The notes: generated from the sequence alone by a model not told the origin. A stretch of 64,000 bases of DNA from an uncultured candidate division Zixibacteria bacterium (GCA_963664195.1 OY760907.1:3616001-3680000), one strand, 5' to 3'; shown: positions 9,498 to 20,258, counted from the stretch's first letter. Translations and numbers: made by a program.

Positions 9498-11063
9498 CTA
9501 CAGTCTCTGGAAAATCGCCCGAACACGCGGAAAGCCGCCCGAAGACTGAATACCGCGAGTCCTGTTGGTCATCTCGACGTCGTTGCCATCCCAAGCGTTC
9601 GGCAGAGTCGAAAGGAAGGCAATCAGGGGGAAATTGGTCGTGTCTGTCACCCGGTTGACCGGCTCGATACTGATAAACACCGTACCATACTGTGAGCCAA
9701 ACGGGGCCGGCAGCAGATTGTAGGGTGCCGTGACCAATCCGCCAGTGGCTGCACTGAGTGCAGCGCCATCAAGGAAGTCCTCACCCGGATAGACCGGCTT
9801 ACGATATATCGTGTCGAGGACACCAAGCGTGTCAACTTCGATCCGGTCGATCACTTTCAAAGTGAAAGGATCTCCATCATCGACCGAATCGATGTATTGA
9901 AACGTACCGGTGGTCATGAGACCGCCCAAATCACCTGGAATATCGTTGTTGCTGCCAACTCTGTATACATACGCCGGAGGGGTGAACTCTCCAAGAATGC
10001 CGGGATCAATCTCAAGGGAAGTCACCCACCCCTGATAGTTCCAACCCCAGTCCGCATAAACCGGGAAGTCGAAGCGCTCCTGCGAGAAGATGTCCAGATC
10101 AACCGTATGATCCACAAAGTGATTCTCTGTTACAACCCAAGTAGTGTCAATATGCATGGGGAACTCCCACACCGTGTCAATTGAGACGATGATCCGAAGC
10201 GGGCTTTGCTCAACAACAGTCATGTAGGTGAACGGAGGAGTAGAATCGGGCACGTCCCTCGTATTGACGGTCGCCGAAACGTGCATGATCGTGCTGTCCA
10301 GTCCCAGGGTAAGCGTATCGGAGCCAAAAATCAGCGGGACGGTATCGTAGACAACCCATGCGCTGTCCGGACGCGGCGCATAGAGCGAGTCCAGATTCAG
10401 TGTGTCACCGGTGGCCGGATCAATAATAATGTCGACAGTATCTTCTTCCAGCGCGATACTATACTCGAGCGTATCAACATAAGTATACTGGGCGGATCCA
10501 TATAGCGTAAACCACAGCCCATAACCATCATTGCTGTTGTGGCTGCCGTCAGAGGGTGTCTCCATATTGTAGAATACACCCGCGTCGCCAAGGGCCACGT
10601 CCAGCGGGAAGTCCATCCTGATGGTATCGGTCCTGCCGGTAATCGGCTCGACAAGCATGATGGGGCCCGGGCGATTCGGCTCGGCATCTATCATCTGCTC
10701 CACCGTCACGAAGAGGCCGGAGTATTCGAAAATGTCGTCAGGAAGGACGAACTGATTGCTGTCACCCCTGACCGCGCCGGTTTCATCGAGAAACGCAACG
10801 AGAGAATCGTCGGCAACATAAGAGAAACGGCCGAGAGATACCAATTCATTGTCGGGAATGTTATTCCCGGTCACGGTGTTTTTCGCCACCCATAGTTCGT
10901 AAATCATATCCGCCGGCGGACTGGGCAGCCGTTCGGCGCTCAACCAGACGTTGGTGAGAGATTTCGAAGCGGTGATGTCATCGGTCTGACTGCAACCCCA
11001 GGTAAGGATCATGAGACCAAGAGCCAGAATGAGAAACAAAAAGCGATTATCAGGTTTTGGCAT
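9498..11063 (-). CDS. acidic lipoprotein with two RskA-C-like ('anti-sigma factor' lipoprotein) repeats
   Basis: Lipobox LTWGC; YELWV..SLGRF and YQGWV..TTGTF..PGEDFL segments; GGAGG RBS before ATG 11063. Confidence 0.6.
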   Translation of the reverse strand: MPKPDNRFLFLILALGLMILTWGCSQTDDITASKSLTNVWLSAERLPSPPADMIYELWVAKNTVTGNNIPDNELVSLGRFSYVADDSLVAFLDETGAVRGDSNQFVLPDDIFEYSGLFVTVEQMIDAEPNRPGPIMLVEPITGRTDTIRMDFPLDVALGDAGVFYNMETPSDGSHNSNDGYGLWFTLYGSAQYTYVDTLEYSIALEEDTVDIIIDPATGDTLNLDSLYAPRPDSAWVVYDTVPLIFGSDTLTLGLDSTIMHVSATVNTRDVPDSTPPFTYMTVVEQSPLRIIVSIDTVWEFPMHIDTTWVVTENHFVDHTVDLDIFSQERFDFPVYADWGWNYQGWVTSLEIDPGILGEFTPPAYVYRVGSNNDIPGDLGGLMTTGTFQYIDSVDDGDPFTLKVIDRIEVDTLGVLDTIYRKPVYPGEDFLDGAALSAATGGLVTAPYNLLPAPFGSQYGTVFISIEPVNRVTDTTNFPLIAFLSTLPNAWDGNDVEMTNRTRGIQSSGGFPRVRAIFQRL

Positions 11064-11287
11064 GTGTATTTCTTCCTCCGGGGAGCGACCCCACAAACAT
11101 TCTCTCCAGCAAACAGGTAAGTGACAATTATAGGCAAGGAGCCGACCATCTGTCAAGCCAGAATTTGGAGAGTGCCTTCCGTATCCACCATCTCTCCTAA
11201 TAGACGGCTTAGTCCCGGCATTAATTTAAAGATTTCCGGCATGGCGGACGATAACTAAAGGAAGCATCGTAAACCTCGTCAGGAAGA

Positions 11288-13504
11288 GTGATCTTGAAAG
11301 ATAGCCCTAACGACACGGAAAGAGAACAACTGAACGACCCCGAGCCGAACCGACTGCCTGTCGATCCGGAAGACACTCCGAGAACCGAAAGTGATGATCG
11401 GAGCGATCTTGACTTCGTGGTTACAGAAACCGAGCCGAACGAAACGGAACTCGTTGGTGGATACGGACCTACGGTAGACACCCAGGACGATCTGGGAATC
11501 GAGTCCAACGCCGATTTATTGGAAAAAGAAGTTGTTTCCGGAGCACGTGAGCAACATCTGGACCTGTCTGATGAGCCAGATGAGTTCATCGAGGATGCCG
11601 GCCCCATGCCGGAACCGTTCGACAGTCAGGTCATTCCTACGTGTGACGATTCCGTCATTGAACCGTCTGAAGACCGTCTGACTCCGCCAACTTCGCCTGA
11701 CAGCATAGAAAAACTCTCTGATGACCGAATACGCGAATTGTCCGAAAAGATGCGTGGTTCGGACGGTTCACCGGCCTACTTGACCGAAGAAGAGAAGGCT
11801 AGTCTGCTGAATAACCTCGGCAGCGTTGGCAGCACTGCTCCCCAACAGGAGGCAGAACGCTCCATGGGCTTCGACAACTCTCCGATCATTCCGCCGAAGA
11901 AAGCGGCGGCGGAGGCCGCAAAACGTGAGGAGCATGCTCTTGCGACACCGCAATCCGAACAAGTTTTTCAGCCGATGAACCAATTCGACGAGGCACCGGT
12001 AAAACCGAAATCCGCCGGCCGTGTCCGGGGTGTAGCCTTCTTCTACCGCAACTACATTCAGATCACTGGCGATCAGGACTTGCACGCCGAAGATGAGATC
12101 AACATCAACGGTCGTGACTATCTCCTGCGTAAGAAGAACCTCAGCAACAAGCTGATACTCTCGATTGTAGTGCCTTTCGCAGCTCTATTAGTGTTTACCA
12201 TCGGGGCCTGGCTATCTTCGGACGCAAACCGCGGCGAAGGGAAGATCGTAGGCGTAGTGCTCGACGATTACGCGCAGCCGTATATCAGTGGTGCCACGGT
12301 CAGATTCCCTGACCTGGGCAAATCGTACCAGACCGACGGTCAGGGGTTTTTCCAGACTGACGGCCTTCCGTCCGGGACTCAGAAGATCGAGTATGTCGTT
12401 GCCGGCACGCTAGTCGGTTCCGAGTACGCAACCGTCGCCAGAGGAAAGATCACCACCCTTACGATTCTGCCGGACGAACCCGAAGACGAAGAGCCACCGG
12501 TGGAAGTCTCTCAAGTGACGACACCATCCTCCCCGGCTCCGCCTGAGAAGAAGACGTCTGCGCCGGTGGTCGACAAGCCAGCCAAAAAACAGGCTGAAAA
12601 GCCCAAGACTGATACGAACGCCCCCCGCTTCGCAAAACTCACGCTTGCAGCCAATGTCGAAGGCGCTAAACTCCAACTTGACAAGTGGATCGCAGGAGCG
12701 GGCAACCTGACATACACGAAAGTGAACCCGGGCAAACGGAAATACACGGTATCCAAAGAAGGCTACCACACGGCTACGGGGACCATCAATCTGAGAGCGG
12801 GCCAATCGCGTACGCTGGAGGTTAATCTTGAGCCAATCGAAGTGGTGCGGGCGCCCGACCCGCATCCAGAAGTTGACTACTATGAGGCAGGTCTCGCAAG
12901 CAATGAGAGCCAGGCCTATCAGAGCGCAATTGCGAACCTGAACGAAGCCATCAAATTGTCACCACAATATGCCCAGGCCTATCTTGAGCGTGCCCGTGCA
13001 CACCAGGGATTGCTCGATTCCCGTTCGGCATACGCTGATCTCATCAAAGCCGGCGCGCTGCTCAAGGAACAGGGGTATTTCAGCGATGCCGTTACTGCCT
13101 TCAATGAAGCGATAGTGCTAGACGACAATTCGGTGGATGCCTATCTCGGCCGCGGAGATATCTACCTCGTGCGTGGAGAGGAAATCGCCGCTATCGCTGA
13201 CTATGATATGGTAGTGAGACTCGACAAGCGCAACCTGAGGGCATACATGGGTCTGGGCCAGGCAAGATACAACCAGGGGTACTTCAAAAAAGCGATCGAT
13301 CGATTTAAAGACGCCCGCTCTCTGGCTCCCGAGGATCCGCAGGTGCATCGTCATCTGATGCTTGCGTACCAGGCCAGAGGGGACGAGAAACAGGTCAAAA
13401 AGAGCTACGAGAAATACCTTAAATATGCTTCTGACAGTGATGCCAGGAGACTGCAGTCCGACCCAAAGTTTGCTGATGTCATGAGTATCGTATCGGAGCA
13501 ATGA
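11288..13504 (+). CDS. membrane-anchored TPR protein with carboxypeptidase-regulatory-like and PEGA domains
   Basis: Long acidic N-terminus, one TM helix, GVVLD..ISGATV..TDGQGFF, VSKEGY and several C-terminal TPR repeats. Confidence 0.8.
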   Translation: MILKDSPNDTEREQLNDPEPNRLPVDPEDTPRTESDDRSDLDFVVTETEPNETELVGGYGPTVDTQDDLGIESNADLLEKEVVSGAREQHLDLSDEPDEFIEDAGPMPEPFDSQVIPTCDDSVIEPSEDRLTPPTSPDSIEKLSDDRIRELSEKMRGSDGSPAYLTEEEKASLLNNLGSVGSTAPQQEAERSMGFDNSPIIPPKKAAAEAAKREEHALATPQSEQVFQPMNQFDEAPVKPKSAGRVRGVAFFYRNYIQITGDQDLHAEDEININGRDYLLRKKNLSNKLILSIVVPFAALLVFTIGAWLSSDANRGEGKIVGVVLDDYAQPYISGATVRFPDLGKSYQTDGQGFFQTDGLPSGTQKIEYVVAGTLVGSEYATVARGKITTLTILPDEPEDEEPPVEVSQVTTPSSPAPPEKKTSAPVVDKPAKKQAEKPKTDTNAPRFAKLTLAANVEGAKLQLDKWIAGAGNLTYTKVNPGKRKYTVSKEGYHTATGTINLRAGQSRTLEVNLEPIEVVRAPDPHPEVDYYEAGLASNESQAYQSAIANLNEAIKLSPQYAQAYLERARAHQGLLDSRSAYADLIKAGALLKEQGYFSDAVTAFNEAIVLDDNSVDAYLGRGDIYLVRGEEIAAIADYDMVVRLDKRNLRAYMGLGQARYNQGYFKKAIDRFKDARSLAPEDPQVHRHLMLAYQARGDEKQVKKSYEKYLKYASDSDARRLQSDPKFADVMSIVSEQ

Positions 13505-13519
13505 AAGGAGCCCGTCGCC

Positions 13520-13810
13520 GTGAGTCCGAAACTCAATTGCTGGGAGTTTAAGAATTGTGGACGGGAAAAGGGCGGACTAATGGCTAGAGAGCTGGGGGAA
13601 TGTCCTGTTGCCTCGGCGATGAGCCGTGACGGCCTGAACGACGGCATAGCCGCAGGGCGGTCCTGCTGGACGGTCAACGGGACCGGGCATCGTTTCAGCA
13701 GACTGGAGAAAGTGGAGGTCAACTCCTGCCACGTCTGCGCGTTCTACAAGCGCGTAATCAACGAAGAAAAACACGCAGCCTGTTTTAGGTTCGCTACCGC
13801 ACAAAGCTGA
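13520..13810 (+). CDS. two-CW domain Cys-rich protein
   Basis: NCWEFKNCGRE...CP...GRSCW...CHVCAFY; AAGGAG RBS. Confidence 0.8.
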   Translation: MSPKLNCWEFKNCGREKGGLMARELGECPVASAMSRDGLNDGIAAGRSCWTVNGTGHRFSRLEKVEVNSCHVCAFYKRVINEEKHAACFRFATAQS

Positions 13811-13960
13811 CTCTGACAACAGCCGAATCGTGTCTCGCGCCGACTATGTTGCCGGGCGATTCAAGCCTCAAAATCGGTTGCCCCACGCGAGGTTAATTGC
13901 TATTATCGGCTCATCATATCACGACAAGAACACCGCAGGATTCTGTTCAGGAGGATACTC

Positions 13961-15910
13961 ATGAGTCTAAAGAAATCGTTGCACGTCGCTTTTTTGACAT
14001 TCGCACTGCTCGGTTTGTCAATCGCCGCCGTAGGACAGACCGGGGATGCCCCTGAGAGTCTCCTCGATGCCGGCCGGTACATTCCCGATATAGCGACCTT
14101 CATGCAGATAGGCGCCAACATCGCATCGGGATACACCTGGGACGGCGAGACAGTGTTCTTCAACTCGCGTGCTTCCGGCGCCAGTCAGGTCTATCGTCTT
14201 ACCAGGACGGGCTGGCCGTACCAGTTGACCACCTTTGAAGATGGTGTAGACTTCTTTGCCCTTTCCTGGGGGGGCGACAAAGGTATCGTGGGAGCCTCTG
14301 TAGGAGGCAGCGAGCAATCCCAGTTGTTTCTCGTGGACACCAGGACCGGACGTTCGCACCAACTAACGCCGGGCGGAGAGGTTCGCTACGGCGGCGCAGT
14401 CTGGGCTAACGATGACCGCTCAATCTTCTACTCGTCCAACGAGGAAAACCTGCGCGACTTCGACATCTTCCAGATGGACCTGCTGACCGGAGAGTCGCAC
14501 AAGGTGTTTGGCAACGCCGAAGAGCTGAACGGCTCCAAATGGATTGCCGACATGTCGCAGGACGGCACCAAACTGATCGTCATGCGCTACAATTCCAACG
14601 TCGACCAGGAACTCTTCCTCGTTGATATTGCCACTGGCGAATATGAGAATCTCACTCACGACGAGACGGACGTCATCTATGACTATCCCATCCTCATGCC
14701 GGACAACAAGACCGTCTGGCTGCTCTGCAACGCAAACGAGGCCGGTTCGACCCGTCTGGCCAAATTGCGTGTCGGCTCGTCGGAAGTGGAATTCGTTGAA
14801 GACGGATGGGTCGACCCGCGGTGGGAAATCGACGCCTTCGGCATGTCGCGCGACTTCAAGTACATGTATGTCACCGTCAACGAAGACGGCTACATGCGTC
14901 TCAAACTCAGAGAAGTCGAGTCCAAACGCAATCTGCCGTCTCCCCCGCTTGACGGTCAACTCGGAGCCGCTTCCTTCGACAAGAACGGCGCCTGTGTTTT
15001 CTCATTCAACGGCCCGACACGCGCCCCCGACGTCTGGCGCTGGAATCCGGAGACTGAAGAGCTAACTCAGTTGACGTTCTCAATGTATGCCGGAATAGAC
15101 CGTGAAGTCTTCTCCGAACCGGAGTTGGTGCGTTTCAAGAGTTTCGATGATCTTGAAATCCCGGCCTTCCTCTATCTTCCTCCGAATTATCAGAAAGGCG
15201 AGGCGATCCCGTTCGTAATCGATGCTCACGGCGGACCGGAGTCACAATTCACGCCGGTGTTTATTCGCAATATTCAGTACCTGATTCTCAACGGATACGG
15301 CGTCCTTGCGGTGAACCCGCGCGGTTCCTCCGGCTACGGGCGGGAGTACCTAAATCTTGACAATTACAAACTCCGCAAGAATTCTCTGAAGGATTACAAA
15401 GCTGCCGCAGACTGGCTGGTAGCCGAAGGCTATACTGCTCCCGGCATGATGGGTATTCGAGGGGGGTCCTACGGCGGCTATGTCGTACTGGGCATGATCA
15501 CGGAGTATCCTGAGCTGTTCTCAGCGGCCATAGACGTTGTTGGTATCGCCAACTTCAAGACCTTCCTGGAAAACACTCGCTCGTACCGTCGCCACCTCCG
15601 TGAAGCAGAATACGGCCCGCTTTCTGACCCCGAGTTCCTGGACTCGATTTCTCCGATCCACAAGGCCAATCTGATCAAAACGCCGTTGCTGGTTGTCCAC
15701 GGCGTCAACGACCCGAGGGTGCCCATCGGTGAAGCTCGTCAGATCATCCAGGCAGTCCAGGACAATCAGGGCATCGTCGACTCCCTCATTTTCCAGGACG
15801 AAGGTCACGGCAGTGGCAAGACGGCCAATGTCATTCTGGAATATCGCACTCAAATATCCTTCCTCGATACACATCTGAAGAGCATTGAGGTCCCGAAAAC
15901 CGAAGAATAG
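13961..15910 (+). CDS. S9 family (prolyl oligopeptidase/acylaminoacyl) peptidase, secreted
   Basis: Signal peptide, beta-propeller, HGGPE, GGSYGG nucleophile, DPRV and EGHG. Confidence 0.93.
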   Translation: MSLKKSLHVAFLTFALLGLSIAAVGQTGDAPESLLDAGRYIPDIATFMQIGANIASGYTWDGETVFFNSRASGASQVYRLTRTGWPYQLTTFEDGVDFFALSWGGDKGIVGASVGGSEQSQLFLVDTRTGRSHQLTPGGEVRYGGAVWANDDRSIFYSSNEENLRDFDIFQMDLLTGESHKVFGNAEELNGSKWIADMSQDGTKLIVMRYNSNVDQELFLVDIATGEYENLTHDETDVIYDYPILMPDNKTVWLLCNANEAGSTRLAKLRVGSSEVEFVEDGWVDPRWEIDAFGMSRDFKYMYVTVNEDGYMRLKLREVESKRNLPSPPLDGQLGAASFDKNGACVFSFNGPTRAPDVWRWNPETEELTQLTFSMYAGIDREVFSEPELVRFKSFDDLEIPAFLYLPPNYQKGEAIPFVIDAHGGPESQFTPVFIRNIQYLILNGYGVLAVNPRGSSGYGREYLNLDNYKLRKNSLKDYKAAADWLVAEGYTAPGMMGIRGGSYGGYVVLGMITEYPELFSAAIDVVGIANFKTFLENTRSYRRHLREAEYGPLSDPEFLDSISPIHKANLIKTPLLVVHGVNDPRVPIGEARQIIQAVQDNQGIVDSLIFQDEGHGSGKTANVILEYRTQISFLDTHLKSIEVPKTEE

Positions 15911-15940
15911 ATTCTCCTCAATAGAATCATACCCAGTTGC

Positions 15941-15972
15941 AGACGGCCGGATGATCTTTCATCCGGCCGTCT
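15941..15972. terminator. hairpin between convergent genes
   Basis: AGACGGCCGGATGA-TCTT-TCATCCGGCCGTCT perfect 14-bp stem. Confidence 0.7.
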
Positions 15973-16001
15973 CAGTTTTGTGCTACTTTGAATTCGCGCT
16001 T

Positions 16002-17116
16002 TCAGGCGAGTATTTCCAGCAAAGCATCAGCGCAACAGACCACATCCTTATCGCTCAGCCCAACATGCAGAGGAAGAGCCATGCCGTAACGATCCAGACG
16101 TTCACTCACAGGCAGCGACACCCAGCCAGCCCGCTTGGCATAGAGATCGAGCGAGTGGGCATCGACCGAACCGATGCCGGCCTGCACGCCGAAATCGTCT
16201 CTCAGTCGGTCAATGACCCTGGTACGATCCGCCTCTCGGAGCACTACCATGAACGTTTGCCAGGTGTGCGCATCATGCCACTCAGGTAATTCCAGCGCGA
16301 GGCATCCGGCCAATCGATCAAGATACAGACGCGCGATGTCCCTGCGTCGCTCAAGCAATCTCTTCAGCTTGCCCATCTGCACTCCCCCCAGTGCCCCCTG
16401 CATCTCTGTCATGCGATAGTTGAGACCGGCAAACGCAAACTCGAATCCGGCGGTTTGACCGTGATTACGACCGGCACGGCATGCCGCAGCGAGGTTGTCA
16501 TCATCGGTAACGATCATCCCCCCCTCACCGGTTGTGATCGATTTTCTTGGATGGAAGCTGTATATGCCCAGACGTCCGGAACACCCCGCCATAACACCGC
16601 TTCGGACTGCGCCAAGGGCACAGGCGGCATCTTCAACAACTTCCATATCATGGGCACCAGCGATCCCAAGAATGCGCTCCAGATCGCAGGGCAGGCCGAA
16701 CTGGTGTACCGGCACTACCAGTCGAAGACGCCCCAGATTGCGCCCTACGGCCATCCTGATGCGTTCTTCAAGTGATTCAGGATTGATGTTGTACGTCCCG
16801 GGATAGACGTCCACAAGCACCGGCAGTGCCCCCATCACACAAGCCACATTGGCTGCCGACGGCCATGCGAACGACGGCACAAATACAAGATCGCCACGCT
16901 CCAATCCAATCGCCTGATAGGCCACGTGGAGGGCAGCAGTTCCCGACGACACTGCACCGCATGGCGAGCCCCGGTCAAATCCCGGATATTCCCCTCAAAT
17001 TGAGCGACTTGATCGCTCTGTACCAGTTGTCCGCTCAGCAGAACGCGGCGAACGACCTCGATTTCTTCCTCTCCGAAATCCGGACATGCCAGCCGATACT
17101 TGATTTCGCGTATCAC
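16002..17116 (-). pseudogene. DegT/DnrJ/EryC1/StrS sugar aminotransferase with a one-base deletion frameshift near 16955
   Basis: N-terminal part (PDFGEEEI...VAQFE...GARHAV) is in one frame; SSGTAALH, EDAAC, SFHPRK and GLNYRM are in another. Confidence 0.8.
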
Positions 17117-17142
17117 CTTGCCACCACTAATCGAGTTGCACG

Positions 17143-17175
17143 AAAAAGCGGGACTCAAGCTTTCGTGAGTCCCGC
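17143..17175 (-). terminator. intrinsic terminator after the SPOR gene
   Basis: GCGGGACTCA/TGAGTCCCGC stem followed by T5 on the minus strand. Confidence 0.75.
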
Positions 17176-17213
17176 ATGCTTTCCAGAACAAAACCAGTCG
17201 TGTTCGAATACTG

Positions 17214-17693
17214 TTAAAGCAGGTCAATCCAAGGGTTGAGGGAGTATTTGTCCATCAGCTCACTCTTAAGCTGTGCCGCCTCACCGAGGGTGCCAAAACT
17301 TCCTATCCGCACCCGGTAGAATTCCTGTCCTCCAACCTCCGCCCGAGTCACAAAAGCATCGTAGCCGCGCTTAGAATACACTCCAATAAGGTGCCTGGCG
17401 TAACCGGAATCCTCACAGGAGGCAATCTGCACAGTGTATCCGTTTCCCTCTGGCGCTGTCGGCAGCGGTTCGACCTGCGGTTCTTCCTCTTCAGGTACGG
17501 CAGCTACATCGACAACCGGTTCCCTGACAGTATCAGTTTCCTCTACGATCCCTTCCCCAACCGCTTTGGAACCGTCAGACTCAAGCGCCTTCATCTCTTC
17601 CTCGAGCTTTTCCGCTTCTTTCTGCTTGTCTGAACACCCGGCCAAAAGGGCAACCAACGTTCCGAGTATCAACAATATTCTCAACGATCTCAT
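17214..17693 (-). CDS. SPOR-domain lipoprotein
   Basis: Lipobox LAGC; YTVQIAS and FYRVRIGSF; GGAGG RBS. Confidence 0.85.
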   Translation of the reverse strand: MRSLRILLILGTLVALLAGCSDKQKEAEKLEEEMKALESDGSKAVGEGIVEETDTVREPVVDVAAVPEEEEPQVEPLPTAPEGNGYTVQIASCEDSGYARHLIGVYSKRGYDAFVTRAEVGGQEFYRVRIGSFGTLGEAAQLKSELMDKYSLNPWIDLL

Positions 17694-17878
17694 ATTCCCT
17701 CCGGAAACAGAATCTCCCCTCTCGCACTGCGAGCCCTTACAATCGTCCTTATTCGTTACGCGCACCATATAATCGGCGTCTCAGAACCTTGTCAACTTAA
17801 AAGAGTCGGTCTTCAGGCAATTAAGGCCTTGAAAACGGTCCATCAATTGTATAACATTTGGCACTTAAAGGAACACAC

Positions 17879-18868
17879 ATGCAAACATACGACAACATAC
17901 TCGATCTCGTAGGAAATACGCCCCTCGTGCGGCTTCGGACGGGCCTCCCCGCCGATGGACCGCAGGCCTTCGTCAAGCTTGAGGCCACAAACCCGACCGG
18001 TTCCATCAAGGATCGCATGGTTCTCCATGTCGTCCGGAAGGCGATGTCCGAGGGCAAGATCAAACCGGGTGACACCATCATCGACAACACCTCGGGCAAT
18101 ACCGGATCGGCGATGGGCATGGTCGCAAGCGTTCTCGGACTGAAAGCAATCATTACCACACCTGAGAAGACTTCCAAAGAAAAAGTAGATCTAATCAGGT
18201 CCTACGGAGTTGAAGTGATTGTCACTCCAACCGAGGCGGCTCACGATGACCCCGCCGGATGTTACGAACTGGCACGGCGCCTTGCGAAAGAGCACGGCTA
18301 TTTCGACGTCGATCAATACAATAGCCAGGACAACGTTGAAGCCTACTACCTCGGTCTCGGACCGGAGATATGGGAACAGACCGAGGGCAAAATCACCCAT
18401 TTCGTGTGCGGTATCGGCACCGGGGGAACATTCTCCGGAGCGGCCCGATTTTTCAAGGAGAAGAATCCCGCGATCAAGACTATCGCCGTTGATCCCGAAG
18501 GTTCGGTATTCACTGATTACATTCGCGATCACCGGGTGGTCGAGGGGCACGCATACAAAGTCGAAGGCATAGGCTCCGACGTTCTCACTGACGCTCTTCA
18601 TCCGCATCTGGTGGATGAGGTCATCTCGGTATCGGACGAAGCCTCGTTTAATCGGGCGCGGCTCATTTCGCGCAAGGAAGGCATCTCCTGCGGCGGGTCT
18701 TCGGGAACTGTAGCGATAGCCATTGAACAGGTTGCCAGGGGAGTGGACAGCGATGCAATAATCGTGGGCATTTTCGCCGATGCCGGCATCAGGTACTTGA
18801 GCAAGTGCTATAATGATAATTGGATGCGAAAGCAGGGATTCCTGCCGACAAATGAGGGAGCATTTTGA
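17879..18868 (+). CDS. cysteine synthase / cystathionine beta-synthase family PLP enzyme
   Basis: GNTPLV, KLE..NPTGSIKDR, TSGNTG, GTGGT and YKVEGIG. Confidence 0.92.
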   Translation: MQTYDNILDLVGNTPLVRLRTGLPADGPQAFVKLEATNPTGSIKDRMVLHVVRKAMSEGKIKPGDTIIDNTSGNTGSAMGMVASVLGLKAIITTPEKTSKEKVDLIRSYGVEVIVTPTEAAHDDPAGCYELARRLAKEHGYFDVDQYNSQDNVEAYYLGLGPEIWEQTEGKITHFVCGIGTGGTFSGAARFFKEKNPAIKTIAVDPEGSVFTDYIRDHRVVEGHAYKVEGIGSDVLTDALHPHLVDEVISVSDEASFNRARLISRKEGISCGGSSGTVAIAIEQVARGVDSDAIIVGIFADAGIRYLSKCYNDNWMRKQGFLPTNEGAF

Positions 18869-19566
18869 TGAGCACCATATACAAAGGGTTACTCCTGACA
18901 GGACTCATACTCTGTCTCGGCGGCCAGGCGAATGCCCAAACACCGAAGGGACTCGCCCCCTTGGAGCCGGAGTATGATTTTGGCTGCATTGGAATCGATT
19001 ACCAGGTGTATCATAATTTCGAATTAGTTAACTACGGCAGAGACACGGTTCGGATTTCACAGGTTTATGCCAACTGCGATTGCTCCTTTGTCTCTTTCGC
19101 AGATACGGTTGTTCCTCCTCAGGACACCGTGACCTTCAAACTGACCTTCAACACCAAGGATTTCTACGGTCGTACGCCCAAATCGGTGATTGTGAAGTCC
19201 GATGATAAGACTGCACCCGAATACAAGATCAGCTATCTCAGTACTATCGGACAGTGGTTGCATAGGGTGAGACCAACACCAGCCTCGCTGTTTTACCTGC
19301 CGGTGCATAAGACCAAAACGCTGTCGATCGACAACCTCGGTGCTGCAAAGATATACTTGCGAGACATAGAACCGCTGGATGATATAGTGACTATCGAACC
19401 CAAAGACGACGAGGCCGACGCGGGCAAGAGCCTGAAGATTGAGGTCAAGCCGAGAGACGATCTCCCGGGTGGGACGTTCCAGTCCTGTTTCAGGCTGACT
19501 TTCGACGTGGAAGGGGTCGAGGATCCCCTTTTGATGACGATACCGGTTAAGATAGTCAGATACTAG
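18868..19566 (+). CDS. DUF1573 domain-containing secreted Ig-like protein
   Basis: Signal peptide; YDFG, F.L.N.G and NCDC motifs; start overlaps the upstream stop (TGATG). Confidence 0.75.
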   Translation: MSTIYKGLLLTGLILCLGGQANAQTPKGLAPLEPEYDFGCIGIDYQVYHNFELVNYGRDTVRISQVYANCDCSFVSFADTVVPPQDTVTFKLTFNTKDFYGRTPKSVIVKSDDKTAPEYKISYLSTIGQWLHRVRPTPASLFYLPVHKTKTLSIDNLGAAKIYLRDIEPLDDIVTIEPKDDEADAGKSLKIEVKPRDDLPGGTFQSCFRLTFDVEGVEDPLLMTIPVKIVRY

Positions 19567-19659
19567 CCGATAGCATCAAGAATACTGAGAGAAATGACAA
19601 AATGAGCCAAACGGCAGAAATTGACTTGACAATATGTCCAGTGGAAAGCTAATTTCTCT

Positions 19660-19779
19660 CAGTTGCAGCACACATCTAAATCGATAATCGTCCGCTTGAG
19701 AATAGCGAGGGTGACTCTCTGCTGTCCCTGGGTAGTTTCCTAGCCCCCTCTACCCAACCAGAGTAGCGCCCTCTTTTTT
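19660..19779 (+). ncRNA. candidate small RNA
   Basis: TTGACA-N18-TAATTT at 19626-19655, a nested stem-loop at 19707-19773 with a C-rich loop, then T6. Confidence 0.45.
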
Positions 19780-19810
19780 GTCCGGCAACGACTTAGCCCA
19801 ACACGGACAC

Positions 19811-19839
19811 AAAAAAACCGCCCGAAAACCGGGCGGTTT
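19811..19839 (-). terminator. intrinsic terminator after ferredoxin
   Basis: AAACCGCCCG/CGGGCGGTTT stem with an A7 tract (T7 on the minus strand). Confidence 0.8.
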
Positions 19840-19860
19840 CTCTATCTGAAAACGCAGATA

Positions 19861-20046
19861 CTACGCTTTTTCGATGCAATCAACCGGGCAATTCTCTACG
19901 CACTGCGGACCATCATCCTGATCTTCACACTCGTTACAAGTGTCCGGATTGATGACATAGATGTCGCCCTCTTCGATTGATTCGGTCGGACACTCCGGCA
20001 AGCAGAGGCCACAGGCTGTGCACTCATCGGTGATTTTCATTGCCAT
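19861..20046 (-). CDS. 2x[4Fe-4S] ferredoxin (YfhL-like)
   Basis: CTACGLCLPECP and CNEC...CVENCPVDCI; GGAGG RBS. Confidence 0.93.
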   Translation of the reverse strand: MAMKITDECTACGLCLPECPTESIEEGDIYVINPDTCNECEDQDDGPQCVENCPVDCIEKA

Positions 20047-20258
20047 GACGATTTCCTCCAGAATTATGCTCACTCAAAATCTAGTTATCGCTTTCCACGC
20101 GAATATATGCGTTTTCCGTAGGCGAGCAAGTGAATTATTGCATGATTCCAACCATAAATGGTTAGGTAACAGAGAAATAGATACGATTTAGTACGGATTA
20201 CAATCACCGGTAAAACTCTTCACATATAGCGACATCTGTGCGGTCATCGAAGTAGAAA

